Source of the DNA: Spironucleus salmonicida
Lineage: Eukaryota
Direction: 5' to 3'
Length of the DNA: 64,000 bases
NCBI RefSeq assembly: GCF_000497125.1
Contig: NC_090601.1
Location: 1,178,001 to 1,242,000 of the forward strand
The notes under the pieces were generated by a model. That model was not told the DNA's origin and made no database searches. It saw only the letters and a list, made by a program, of their open reading frames with translations. Numbering within the stretch: the stretch's first letter is position 1; every line of letters starts with the position of its first letter. This document shows positions 14,307 through 26,633 of this stretch, piece after piece. The translations under genes and the position numbers were made by a program.

Positions 14307-16232
14307 ATGCTTTAGGCACTTTAAACAAAATCTATTCCATTAGTCAACGTTGCTTTATAATAAGACTTCAGATTGCCTTTCTATAATCTTAATTAATTAT
14401 AATAACTAATTTAACTTCTTTCATAATTTTCAGAAACGTCAACTCATGCCGTTATAGCAATATAAATCATCAAAAAAATATAGTATAATGAAAATGTCAT
14501 GTCAGATACTTCTTAACTTTTAACATAGCTATTATTATCTCTAATTAAAAAATTTGAGACAGACAAATAAGTAATTGTTGACTCAGTTGGAATACTTAGA
14601 GTCCTACTCTAAAGATTTTCTAAATTTGTATTTGGAAGCCTTAAGCTATATTTATAAGAAAATTAATAAAATAATACTATTTTAATATCATACGCTGCCC
14701 TTTTACCTCAGTTATTAAATGTAACTTAATAAGAGTCGCTATAACTATCAAATTAGATTAGAATAAAGCTATCAGAGTAAGATTTCTTATCTCCTGTAAC
14801 AAATGGGATTCTTTCATTAGTAGATACAGGTAAATTTTAGTTTCTTGATTCATAAAAATATTTTGATGATCTACACAATAACTACATTAATCGAATCTGT
14901 CCAACCTCTAAACAATAATAAGAGCCTCTCATTCACCCATAAATTACAATTTCTTAAAATGTTATTAATTTAGTTATATCACTCCAATAATTGGCAGAAT
15001 AATTAAACCCAGAAGCCCTTTAGATTTTTGCTGCTATATCAATCAAATCTACTTAAATATTGCAGATTTTTATTAAAATTCTTTAAAATTCCACTGCATA
15101 AAAATTAAATTAACAATAATATGAGTAAATATTAGAAATTATATGTTACTTTACAGTTAAAACTAATGTTCTGAATAGTGAAATTTTAAGAGTTTTCTAG
15201 TAATTCTTAAGATCAGAATTACTTCAAAATTGTAGCCTTTTAGCATAGTTACATATTTCTCGAATTTGCTAGATTATTGTTCAAAACCGAAATTTGGTAT
15301 AGAATAAATTTTTAGGTGACATTTTTTCATATTTGCATAAAGCAGTAATAAATATTAATTAACTGAATAATTTTGAGATCTTTGATAAAATTAAAAAGGG
15401 AATGGAAAGCTAATAATTCAACCCAATGCTAACCCCTTAAATACAGTCTTCTTAACCACCACCTGTTTAAAACAAACTTGTTCGTTCATTTATAATTTAA
15501 ATTCTTTTCAATATTTCTCTTCTTTCTGATTTTGATGGGTTCTAGTAAGAAATTTATGATTTGCTTTTCGAAATAAAAATAGTAAATTCAATTTCTGTGT
15601 ATCGACTTCTGGCTGGAGATATTATTGCTATAAGCGAAAAATCAATTTTTTTTATGAATTTGATGAAAAGTGGTGCTAGGGACCCATAATGGAGGTGTAG
15701 AAAATAGTCATTTTTGTATTTTAATTAAAATTTTACCAAACAGTTTTACGTTGTGCCATAACGATTAGATTTTCCATATTTTGAGTCTAAAAAACTAGTT
15801 TCTGAAACATTATTAACAGATAGTGATGTAACTGTCTTTTAGTGCTTAGTTGATCCTGTTAATATTATTCAGCAGTTAGGGATTACTTTAATTTAGTAAC
15901 AATATAATTAACTATTTAATGATACTACACCTTTGCAGTTTTAGAGTTATTTGACTTAGAATATATAATAATACATATAAATTAGTAATAGTGTCTATTA
16001 ACCTAGTGAAAAAGTGCTTTTTGCATTATAAGTGGCTAGGTGCTGTGCTATGATAAGTAAAATTTTAAGACATTCAACAAACTAATTTTAATCAATTTCA
16101 AGTATTCTTAGCGACATTTCTCGTGACTTTTACCAGTGTGTTTGCTGCGTTTATAGCTTTTTAGAGGAAAGAGGTGGTCCTGAATGGAAAGGTGAAGTAT
16201 TGAAAATTGAAAAAGAAGGGAGTGAGGTATGA
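14307..16232 (+). CDS. Hypothetical protein, probable armadillo/HEAT-type helical repeats, 641 aa
   Basis: ATG and TGA in the same frame; helical motifs such as VDSVGILRVLLQ; C-rich ATCCATTCC upstream. Confidence 0.7.
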
Positions 16233-16402
16233 TGAGTGGTTTCTTAAATTATACTTTTTTAAGTGTATAAATATATTAATTTACAAAAACTCGTAAAAAA
16301 ATAATATTGATAGATATTAGTATTAGTAGTAAATATGTTCGTGTAGAAATACTCACGATCATGTATTATCTATTAAATAATCATTTTAAATATTTGCCTT
16401 AA

Positions 16403-17278
16403 ATGACCCAGTCTACATGTTCTCTCAACCAGAACACATGCATTTCAAACACCCTGTGCAGTGCAACCCCCACAAGTCCCAATGATTAGTTATGTATATC
16501 ATGTGTAGAAAATCTATCACTAAGCATCGATTGCAACTGCAGAGATGGAACACCTTATGAAGGATGCTAAATTTGCTAAAATAGCACCTGCAGTCAGTGC
16601 AGAAAAGGATATTTCGCGTATGGAGATATATGCTAAGCATGCTCTTCTGGTTGTACCGATTGTGATAATAGCAGTTGTAAAGCCTGCAGCGATGGTCTTG
16701 TGCCAATTGATGTTTTCTGCGCTCCGACACAATGCAGAAATAAAGCAGACTGCAGAAACGAAAAACTTTTTTGCATAGAAGGCAAATGTAGGCAATGTTC
16801 AGTAGCCTGCGCTACGTGCGACTCCGATATGTACTGTGATAGGTGTACTCCAGGATTCTACCTATCAATCTTGGGAAAATGTGTTTAGACCTGCTTTCAG
16901 CACCCATTACAAGGGTAATTTTGTGATGATGGTACTGTTAAATCTTGCTATAGTGGTCAGTAGCGATAGTGTGAGTGTGGCGAGGCGGATAATTGTGAGT
17001 TCTGCAATAGTGACTTTTCATAATGTAGCTATTGCCTGATAGGCTTTAAAATGTAGTCTGATAAATGTGTTCAATGTGCGGATGGATACAAGAAGATTGG
17101 GACACTCTGTTTAAAAACTCATGATATAGATATTTAAGCTAAAAGTGGGATGTCTATAGGTTTTATCATTGGTATTGTGATGGCAATATTATGTGGTGTT
17201 TTGGGTGTACTTGGTGTTATGGTGTTCTTGTATTTCCAGAAGAAAAAGGGTTTGGTTGGGGAAGGCTATCATTAATGA
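16403..17278 (+). CDS. Cysteine-rich membrane protein (CRMP/VSP-like), about 291 aa (alternative in-frame ATG at 16361)
   Basis: Many CxxC/CxC motifs, C-terminal TM helix (IGFIIGIVMAILCGVLGVLGVMVFLYF) and short basic tail QKKKG. Confidence 0.88.
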
Positions 17279-17438
17279 CATTTAATGTTTTTTGCTAACT
17301 TAAGTGTTTGGATATTTAAAAATAAGAATCTTAAAACATTATTGGTTGTGATAATTTTATTTAAGAAATAAGAACCTTGTAATATTGTACTAAATTTTTA
17401 TGTTTTTAAAAATCAGTAAATAATACAATTTGTTAGTT

Positions 17439-17702
17439 ATGGATATTTTATCATATTATGGCATGGTTGAGTTATTATATTTAATTCAAGGTCTCAACCT
17501 TCCTGGAACTTATTTAATTTCCTATTTATTAACTTCTCCTCTATATGAAATCCCTAATATCATTTACAATAAATTAAACTAGGGATATGACCTACCAAAA
17601 ATATCTTCACCGATATTGCCACGTAAAATGTTTACACTTAAACCAAACTAGTCAGTACTTTAACAGAATGATTAAAACAGACTATTTTGTTTAGACATTT
17701 GA
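17439..17702 (+). CDS. Small hypothetical protein, 87 aa
   Basis: Table-6 ORF MDILSYYGMVELLY...; no motif. Confidence 0.3.
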
Positions 17703-18123
17703 AGTGGGATTATAGATAGAATAATATAATCTATATAAAATAAATCATTTTAAATCAAACTCTATATCAATTTTTACATATTATTATTTAGATAATATTT
17801 ATCAATAAAGAAAAATAATTTAAGCATATACAAAATATCAATATTTCCCCTAAGATAAATAAAAATAAATTTCAAATAAGAAAATAAGTATTGTCCCATT
17901 ATAATTACCAACAGTTTCTAATTGTGCTTGTTTGTTTTTTAAACTTATCATACAAACAGTCATGATATGAATATATGCATATTTCATTTAAAAAATTTAC
18001 TTTTCGTATTTATCATTTAATCTCTCGCAAAGTAAAAATTTATTTAAATAGTAATTCTTCTCGAGTGTCATATTTTAGATCTAAATATATTTTTAAAAAA
18101 TTACCTCCACGTTCTCCCACGCC

Positions 18124-18480
18124 ATGAACTCCTACCAACCCGGCAAATTCTACCTAACACCACTAGTTATCACAGTCATTTATCTCTGCAAACACTGGTA
18201 TGGTGGATCATCCAAGGAGTTGAACTGCAATTTCACGAGAACTACTTCAACGCCAGGTTTCCAGACATGCAGATCCATAGACATGCGTCATGCCAGATGA
18301 ACTGCATCTCATTCAACATCTATACATGCATCGGTTACACGCTATCCTAGCTCTGGTTTGCACCTCCTATGGTCAGTTTCACAGTTATTGCCTGCTCTGC
18401 AAGTTCAGATCCTGCTGGACTCCATGATTGCAGCTGGGAATTGTCGGTATATCTTAGGCGTTATGGATTAATCTCGAATC
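18124..18480 (+). pseudogene. Probable frameshifted relic of a formerly GC-rich gene
   Basis: Intermediate GC among very AT-rich flanks, C-rich box before ATG 18124, coding-like stretches in different frames broken by TGA. Confidence 0.35.
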
Positions 18481-18539
18481 ATTAGGTAGATTTTGCGAAA
18501 ATAGTTAAATTAAGATGTGCTATAAATACTAATAATTAT

Positions 18540-18850
18540 AATATTATTGTATCAATACACAAAATTATGATTTATGTATTACAAATATAAAACATTGTGA
18601 TACTTGTTTACAGAGCTTTAAAATACTAAATGTGCTTACTGTGCAGATTCATAATTTCTAGATGGATCTTTGTGCATGTAAAATTTTTAATAAAGTTTTC
18701 GTAAATTAAATGCAGAAACAGCATACTATAACGTATATTAATGAAAAATAGTGTTACTTTCTTCATTAGGTGGGAATTTATTAAATAGGTTATATGATGG
18801 TGGTTGTCTAATACTAATTAAAAATATTAAAAACAATTGGATAATTGGGT
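18540..18850 (+). pseudogene. Cysteine-rich membrane protein remnant
   Basis: CDTCLQSFKI / KCAYCADSQFLDGSLCM in two frames, resembling CSYCLIGFKM..KCVQCADG..GTLCL of the 16403 gene. Confidence 0.5.
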
Positions 18851-19405
18851 AATATTTTAATAATTACATGATATTGAAACAAATAACCAGAAAATATATT
18901 ATAAAAGAGATCTAAAACGAATTTTTAATAAACCTTCAATTATTTATTTCATCATTATATAAAGATGTATCAAAATTGCGTAGTTAAATGCAAACTCGTA
19001 TACATCATCAAAAAATTAATTTTAGAATTATTTAATTATGATTAATACTAATTATTAATAAACTTTATATAGACAATCAATGTGAGCAATTTATTTATCC
19101 CTATAAAATTAACAAAAAATAATTGTAATCTCTATTAGAATTTTTATTTTACATATATTTCTATTATATAATATTTATGGTATTTTAAAATTAGAATAGC
19201 ATTTCACAGTATTCTACTATACTTTACAAAAACTGAATGAGATAAAAATTACTATTTTATCTATACAGTTATTATTTTAGAAAATATAATATACTGATAA
19301 TAACTATTAAATATAAGTTTAACATTTATTATTTGATATATAAATATATTTGTATAATATTAATGTTAATAATTTTTACAAAACAAAAGTATTAATCTAG
19401 ATAAA

Positions 19406-19885
19406 ATGATTAAAAAATCTTTAGCCTACCGTGAAAATCTTATAATATTTAATGGTGGTTGCCCTGTAAATTAATAAAGATTAGATTTAGAAACTTGTGT
19501 ACAATGCATTAATGACTAAAGTTGTGGAAAATTCATGTTTTGTTATCATTATAAGTGTACTATTGCTGAAAATTTACCTCCTTTTGGTTAAAGATGTGAA
19601 ACTAACGAAGACTGCGGCTTACTTTCCTGTTAGTTAGGATAATGTACCTCGTGTATTGAAAATTAATCAATGGGGGCCATAAGATGTATTTTCGGAGCAT
19701 GGTAGGATGGAAGTTAACAATAACTTAACTTATACAACATTAGTTTCGCTGCAGTATTCACTATTTATTCATTTATTTGCTTTCTTTGTATAATAGTAAT
19801 TTTTAGGAAGTAAATAAATGGAAAAATTAATGAAAAGGTAATATCTGGAGTTATTGCTAAACCTGTTTTGGTTCAGCTGTTATGA
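19406..19885 (+). CDS. Small Cys-rich single-pass membrane protein, 159 aa (true start may be 19363 via a frameshift)
   Basis: CVQCINDQSCGKFMFCYHYKC and CETNEDCGLLSCQLGQCTSC modules, TM helix ISFAAVFTIYSFICFLCIIVIF. Confidence 0.75.
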
Positions 19886-20242
19886 GTTTTTAATTACATA
19901 ATTATTAAATAAAAATTATTTATTTACTTTATAATCAATTGAATTTTGTAGATTTGAGTAATTAAATTTGATTAGAATATGTTTTAGGGTGTCTTCCTTT
20001 TAATAAGAAAACACAAATACATTGTTATTATGTGAATTTATATATAACATATTATTCATTAAAATATTCTATTTAACAAGTTAGAACATAGAATTTAAAA
20101 AGTAATTAAATAATTTATACTTCGTTATAGTTAAATTTTCATAATTATTATATAAACAAAACAATTTAAAAATGACTCTAAAAATTCTATTATTTTCATA
20201 ATATTATATAATATAATAATCAAAATTTGTTAATTACCAAAA

Positions 20243-20464
20243 ATGAGTTCTGTGGGTGACCTTGCTGCAATAATGGAGTATCGTTAAGAAAGGATTGATA
20301 GTCAAAATAGGAAGATTATTATATTATATACCATATGTTTGCTTTCAATAGTTTATTTTATATATGAACTTTTCTCACTTTATGCAAGATCTTCTAACCC
20401 TAAAGATTACATTGACAATTTACTTAATTATTGGTATAGTATGATCATTAATAGAGGAGAATGA
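20243..20464 (+). CDS. Small transmembrane protein, 73 aa
   Basis: Table-6 ORF with hydrophobic IIILYTICLLSIVYFIYELF; ends GAA TGA. Confidence 0.6.
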
Positions 20465-21832
20465 TGAGTGTTTTATTATTTGCAATTTAGTTAATTTAAA
20501 AATTATATTTATACGTAAGTATTGAGATTATTTAAATGAGAACATTTTATGCTAATAAAGTATCGTGTATACTTATTAAGTAAATCTAAATCAGATATAT
20601 TAATATATTAAGAGATTATATTATCAGATATAGTTAATTTATCAATATTTTTAATTTGATTTAAGCTAATTGATAGCAACTTATATTGAGATAAATTGTA
20701 AAATATTTGATTAATTATTATAATAATAAGGCTAAATTATAAGATAGAAGTAAATATAATTTGGAATAACAAATAATAAATATAATTTCATATGATAATA
20801 TTATAACTAGTGAAAAAATATATAATTTAATATTACTGATTATCGTTTTTAGTATTGCATTAATTTTATCTTCATACAAAATAGGTACATAGTATATTAG
20901 TCTATCCTCGTACATTGAAGATCTAAATAAAAAATGAAAGAGTATTAAACAAGATATAAACCAATTTTGTATCTTAAAGTATTATTTGGTTTATATGCAA
21001 TAATAGCGTCAGCTGGTAGATTTTTAGTTATGAATTTGATGGTATAACCCAAAAATATAAATAATTCTGTTTTAAGGTTCCAGGTATTTAATTTTTCACT
21101 ACTGGAATCGGATGTTTGTTATCGCATTGTCTATAAATATCTATTGGCATTAATTTTCACTAGGTAATGCACCAAATATTCTAATGAATTCGATTTGTAT
21201 AGAAAGTTAATATCTATGTCTTGTAGTCTACTTTTCCCTTATTTTTACTTAATTTTTATTAATATATCATATGGAATAGTAATTTAGAGTAAACCATATA
21301 TATGTTATTTACTTATTTAAATTTTAAACCGTATAGTAGATCTATTTTCAGAATGCTATTAGTTGTAGCAATTTCTAAATCATGATACTATCTTATATTG
21401 TTCACTACTTGGGTAGATTTCGAAAAGATAAGGTTAAATATTACATGAGATTTATTTTAGGTACATATTAAATGAAAATTTTATTTCAATATACTAGAGT
21501 CCTGTAAATCGTTTTTAATACTTTTTCTTACGCAGGAAATACATTACTATGTTATGCAATAATTGAAAGTATTTTCCCCTATGAAACAAACAAATTGAAA
21601 ATTAGTAATATAGAAATTTTAACATATGCTAATTGTTTAACATAATTTTAAAACTTCATGTTTGAAACTTATGACAGATGAAAGGTTATATTATTATTGA
21701 TTTCTAATATAGTCTCATTATATTTAGTCAAAATTCATATTAAACAGTTATTATTTTCACTTTTGTTAGCAGTAGTCCCGTAAATATCGTTCTTATTCAA
21801 TATATCATTATTGTTTATTTTTATCATCTCTA

Positions 21833-22164
21833 ATGATTTATCCGGATTTACAACAAATTAGTTCGCAGTCAGAGCGTATTTTTGTAGTTTTTCATGCCGG
21901 CATACCTATAGAAATGCTAATTTATACCCAAATTTACTTCAACCTGCTAAATCGCCTGAACCTCATTGAGCTTGGTCATTATAAGACGTTTGTTCTTATT
22001 TTACTCTAGGTTGGTGTTTTGAGTTTCGTGTTTATGCCAGTTTCTGCTTCTACGAGGTGACTGCGCAGGTCATATTCGAATTTCAGCTCAGATGTGAAGC
22101 GTTCTTCAACAAATACAAGACAAAGCACATCCAGCAGTGGCTGCTCAAAAACCTGAAAAAGTGA
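21833..22164 (+). CDS. Putative small TM protein interrupted by an apparent -1 frameshift near 22030
   Basis: First frame stops at 22058-22060; the -1 frame is GC3-rich (YASFCFYEVTAQ...WLLKNLKK) and ends AAG TGA. Confidence 0.4.
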
Positions 22165-22175
22165 TTTTGTACATA

Positions 22176-23951
22176 TCATTCCTTGCCAAAGTACTTTTCG
22201 TTCAGCTTCTTCCTGGCCTCCCATTCCTTCACCAGCTTCTTGCCCCTGCTCTTCGCGATCTCCTCCCCATTCACCTTCTACGGAATGCCCCTCTCGTCGA
22301 AGTCGCCGTAGCTCTCGTCGTTCTTGAACATTTCTTCTGCTTTTTCGGCCGCTAAGAGCCTCTCGGCGTCTAGTTTCAGCTGTTTCTGCCTGTTAAACTC
22401 ATTCTGGCGGTCGGTTTTGGCCTACTTTTCGAGCAGCTCGCGCTGCCTATCAACCTTGTACTGGCTAGCATCGATTTGCTTGATGGTGATTTCTGCGGCA
22501 TCCTCGATCAAAAATCCAAGATTTGGCAGCTGATTGTCACGCAGGTCATCGCACAAGGCCAAAATCTGGCCATTTTGTAGGCTCTGTGCCTTGACATCTT
22601 GGCGGAATTTTGCCAGCACTCTGACAATTTCGAACTAGTCGTTTTGCCCCTAATTTTCAATTTTGAGCCCCAAAATTTCGAAGTTTGCCTTCAAAAACTC
22701 AACGGACTGGCTCAGTGGTAGAATGTGTGGGGTTCCATGCAAATACTGCTTGATTGTATCCAAAAATTAGAGCAGCTGCTTCAGAACGGATGGGTAGTCA
22801 AAATCCGCCTTAAAGGCGCTCAAAACTGAGCTTTTAACAGCAATTAGCTGCTTTAGAAGCTCATAGTCTGACCCTTTCATCTGAGCGTAGCCTTTTTGGC
22901 TCTGCTTGAAAACTTGCACATTTTAGAAGAATGAGCGGATTTTCGACTCGATGGAAACCGCGTTATCGAGCTGAACCAGCGTGTAGTTGATGTCAGAGGC
23001 GTATGGGACGTGTAAAAACAAGATTCTAATCTGATTTGCGCTGTAGTTTTCCAAGACGTCCTGGATTGTCTTAAAATTCATTTTAGACTTTGACATTATT
23101 TCGTTTTCAATCCTCAAGTGTCCGGAGTGCATGAAGCCTTAAATGCAGTTTCCGCAGAATTGAGTATCCAGAACTTCTTTGCCTAAAAATGCTTCTAACT
23201 GAGCGATTTCATTGGCGTGATGGGGGAATTGGAGGTCCTTTCCACCCAAATGGAGATCGAAGCCATCGAATTTGTTCAGTAAAACCTGCTATGACATCAC
23301 AGAGCACTCTATATGCCAGCCTGGCCTACCTCTCCCGAACTCTGATTCCCAAAACGGCTCATCTGGCTTGGCAGCTTTCCAGAGCGCAAAATCGAACGGA
23401 GAACGTTTCTCTTCGGTCCTGTTCTTCATAGACGCACCGTCAGCTGCATTATTAGCCTCAACTTAGTTCGAATTATCAAAAATTCTGAGCTTTGGGTAAG
23501 TAAAACCTGCAGCTTGGAATGCTTAAACATCAAAATAAACAGATCCGTTTGATTGATACGCAAAGTTGTTATCAATGATCTTCTTAATAAACTCAATTAT
23601 CTCGGGTACAAATTCAGTAACACGTGTAATGACTGATGGAGGGTTGATGTTGAGATCTTGTAAATCTTTGAAGAAAGCGTCTTCGTTTTACTTCACTAGG
23701 TCAGTAAAAGGAATTTTCATTTCATTTGAACGATTGATGATTTTATCATCAATATCTGTTATATTCAGTTGATAAATCACAGTTTTGTTAAACACTTTCG
23801 CTAAAATATTACGAATAATATCAAAAGTAATATAAGTCCTTGCATGTCCAAGATGGGAAGAGTTATATACTGTTGGACCACAAATATAAACACGAAGTAG
23901 ATCTTATTCTGGGATAGCTGTTTATGTATTGAAAAGGTTATTTTTATACAT
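22176..23951 (-). CDS. CARS: Cysteinyl-tRNA synthetase, 591 aa
   Basis: [61 protein letters not shown]. Confidence 0.97.
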
Positions 23952-23957
23952 TATTAG

Positions 23958-23975
23958 TGGAGTGGTAAGGAGCGG
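23958..23975 (-). promoter_or_regulatory. Tandem C-rich upstream boxes (CCGCTCC, CCACTCC) before the CysRS ATG
   Basis: The same CCRCTYC heptamer precedes several other ATGs (26634, 30167, 30574, 32137, 37027). Confidence 0.6.
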
Positions 23976-24476
23976 AGAAAGATACAAGGATATTTATATT
24001 AATATTTGTATAACAACAAAAGGTATTATAGAGAGTCACAATTAATTAAAAATAATACTATAATCTTAATAAAGATAAACATAGTCTTTGGTAAAAAACA
24101 AATAGAAAATGTAATTCTAACTAATTTTTAATTCTCATAATTAAGAGATAAATATATAAAATGATGTATAAATCATATAGTACATAAAGTTTCATTTTTT
24201 TTAATAACTAAGATAGACAATAAATTAAATTTAACTGTATAATAGCATTATTTATTAAAAATACGATGCTAGACCCGTAATTATAGGTTTTAGTATAGGT
24301 AGATAACAAATGATAATATTAATTTGTGATCGAAGCTAAAAATTGGTAGTATATTAAAACCGACGGAATGATTTGACTAAATATTATAATATTATATTAT
24401 AAAATATTTGATTAGTTTTTTGAAAACACTTTTATTAATAACATGATATATAAATTATTTTTTGATAACAATAAGA

Positions 24477-24650
24477 ATGCCTGTAAAGTCAATGAGCAAG
24501 AAATCATCAAAAGATAAAGACCTAACATTTGACATTGACAATGATTCGACATTTAAAGAATTATAAAACCATATAGATCTGAGCAAAAGCTAAAAAGCCT
24601 CGTTATCTTTAGGTAAAAATGATGATATTGATATTATTATAGATGATTGA
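24477..24650 (+). CDS. Small acidic hypothetical protein, 57 aa
   Basis: MPVKSMSKKSSKDKDLTFDID...IIIDD*. Confidence 0.4.
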
Positions 24651-24828
24651 TACTATTTTTACTACATTTAATGATAAAATCGAATTTCGTGATATTCTTT
24701 TATCTTTTTTTATTTTAAAAGTTATTATTATACAGTTAAACGTAAAATAACTCACCTACTTATTAGTATTATTATATTATAGTATTAAATATTTTGTTTT
24801 ATACTGCGCGCATTCCCCTTCTAAAAAA

Positions 24829-25503
24829 ATGCCCATGATGAATCCTCACACAAAATTTGATAACCGCTCAATAGTTCATGAAATTTCACTTCGTCCTGAA
24901 ATACCTGATCGTCAGCGTGCAATCGAAATTCTCACGGCCGCCATGGAAGCTCTTAAAAACCATGCTATGGACACTCTTCGCGCTCGCAAGGGTATTATCA
25001 TCCCTGGATTTGGTACTGCTTTTTACGAAAACTCTTTCGACAAAACATACGAAAAACCTGTTAGGTAGCTCAGATTTGTATTTGATACCAAATTCTTAGA
25101 AGATTTCAAACTTAAATCCCACATTTTGCAAAAGCAGTCGTCCTTCGACGTCCAGGGCATGGCATTTATCGACAAACACGGTCCCATGAACAGACTAAAT
25201 TTCAACGTTATCGGCTCCTTGGCAGGCTATGATCCCCGCGACTGCAAAGAGGGCTACGAGCTCTTTATGCTGGAGCTGAAGAGATTTTTGCGCGCTGGAA
25301 GAGACGGAAAAGTCGAATTCGGCTTCGGAACCTTAACAATCGACAACTATAACGCAAAATTCGAAATCAACAAAATGTTGCTGCAGGAGCTCGGCCAAAC
25401 CGGCGTTCTGTGCACCGTGAAGACTGCGCAGGCATTGGTGTCCACGATCGGAACTTTTAGGCCAACCGAGAGCATGACGGGCGTCTTGTGCGTCAAAAAA
25501 TGA
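24829..25503 (+). CDS. CCDC81-like protein with two HU/IHF-like domains, 224 aa
   Basis: Two standard-code ORFs joined by TAG=Gln; GIIIPGFGT...LRFVFDTKFL and LNFNVIG...VEFGFGTLTID..AKFE fit HU-CCDC81 domains 1 and 2. Confidence 0.72.
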
Positions 25504-25521
25504 TTTTTATCCATTCCTCAC

Positions 25522-26562
25522 TCATACCCTCGTGTCCATGGCGACCGCGAACGCCTCGCGCTTCCCGCCGCTCAGAACCCTCAGAATCCTTGCTTTTCCC
25601 TCGAACTCCGCGCCGTTCTTGACGACCACCCGGCAAATCGACCTGCCGAGCTCCACGACCCTTATATCACCACTCCCAACAAGCTCCTCGGCCCAGTTCG
25701 TGAAAATCGCGCTGTCGCCGACGATTTGGGCCACTTTCTGACTCTTGCAGCACACAATCAGGAATTCTACGAGAATAGGAACGGAATTCGAGTCGTCTAT
25801 ATCAGTTCCGAGCTCGCTGATGAAGCGTACCAGCCCCGTCGAGATGCTCTTCTTCTGGCCAAGAATTTCGTGCAAAAAGCGGTCCTGGAAGGGCAGGAAC
25901 TTGGTGTGGATTTGCGTCAAAACTGCAGCTAGAACTGAGAGCAGCCAGTCGCGCGATTTCGTCGAAATCTCGACGATCTCCTTCTGCTGACCGTTCAAAA
26001 CTACGGCCAAAAGGAGCGAATTTGAGCAGGAAATTGGGATTTTGATGCACAGGCTGCTGATCTGCTCCTGGATAGCTGTGCTGTTCAGTTTCGCCGCCCG
26101 CATGTAAAAATTGTACGCAAAACTACAGTAGAAAGAAAGAGCGAAATCTTAATATGAAGATATCATAATGAAGTTGTCTGCGAGAAAATCTGCCGCTCCG
26201 TCGATCAAAAATTTCGATGCGGCAGCAGTAGCAAGAGAGGTGTAGATTGCTGAGTAGTCAGGCGCTAGGAAGTCGCGTTTTGCCGTTTAGTTGGACAGTT
26301 TTGGGTCTGTTTCTACCTGCTGCTCAAACTCAAGCTAGGATCGTTTAAAATGGGAAGTAAGAACCTGTAGCATCTCCAATTGGAAAAAAACCTGATCTAA
26401 TATAATAAATTCATCGAAAAAATCCAAAAAATCGTCCAAGTTTAACTGTTCTAACAGAGGAACCGGGTCAATTACATTTTAATGGATATACTATATAGCA
26501 GAAAGAAGATCTGGAAAAGGCTCTGGTCTAATTGACTTAAAATACTCAGCTAAAACGTCCAT
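25522..26562 (-). CDS. Hypothetical helical-repeat protein, 346 aa
   Basis: Table-6 extension of the 193-aa ORF back to ATG 26562; GC3-rich 3' half. Confidence 0.8.
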
Positions 26563-26633
26563 TTATAGAGGTTCCTGAATGAAATATTATATTATAAATA
26601 TAAATAAATTGTGATTTTTAAACCACTTCATAA

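Noticed and set aside
20470-21820. Possible gene or pseudogene in an AT-rich gap
   Set aside because: The frames tried on both strands were interrupted by TGA and showed no motif; left unannotated
21988-22009. GT...AG mini-intron (GTTTGT...CTCTAG)
   Set aside because: No CTAAC branch point, and removal leads to an almost immediate TGA
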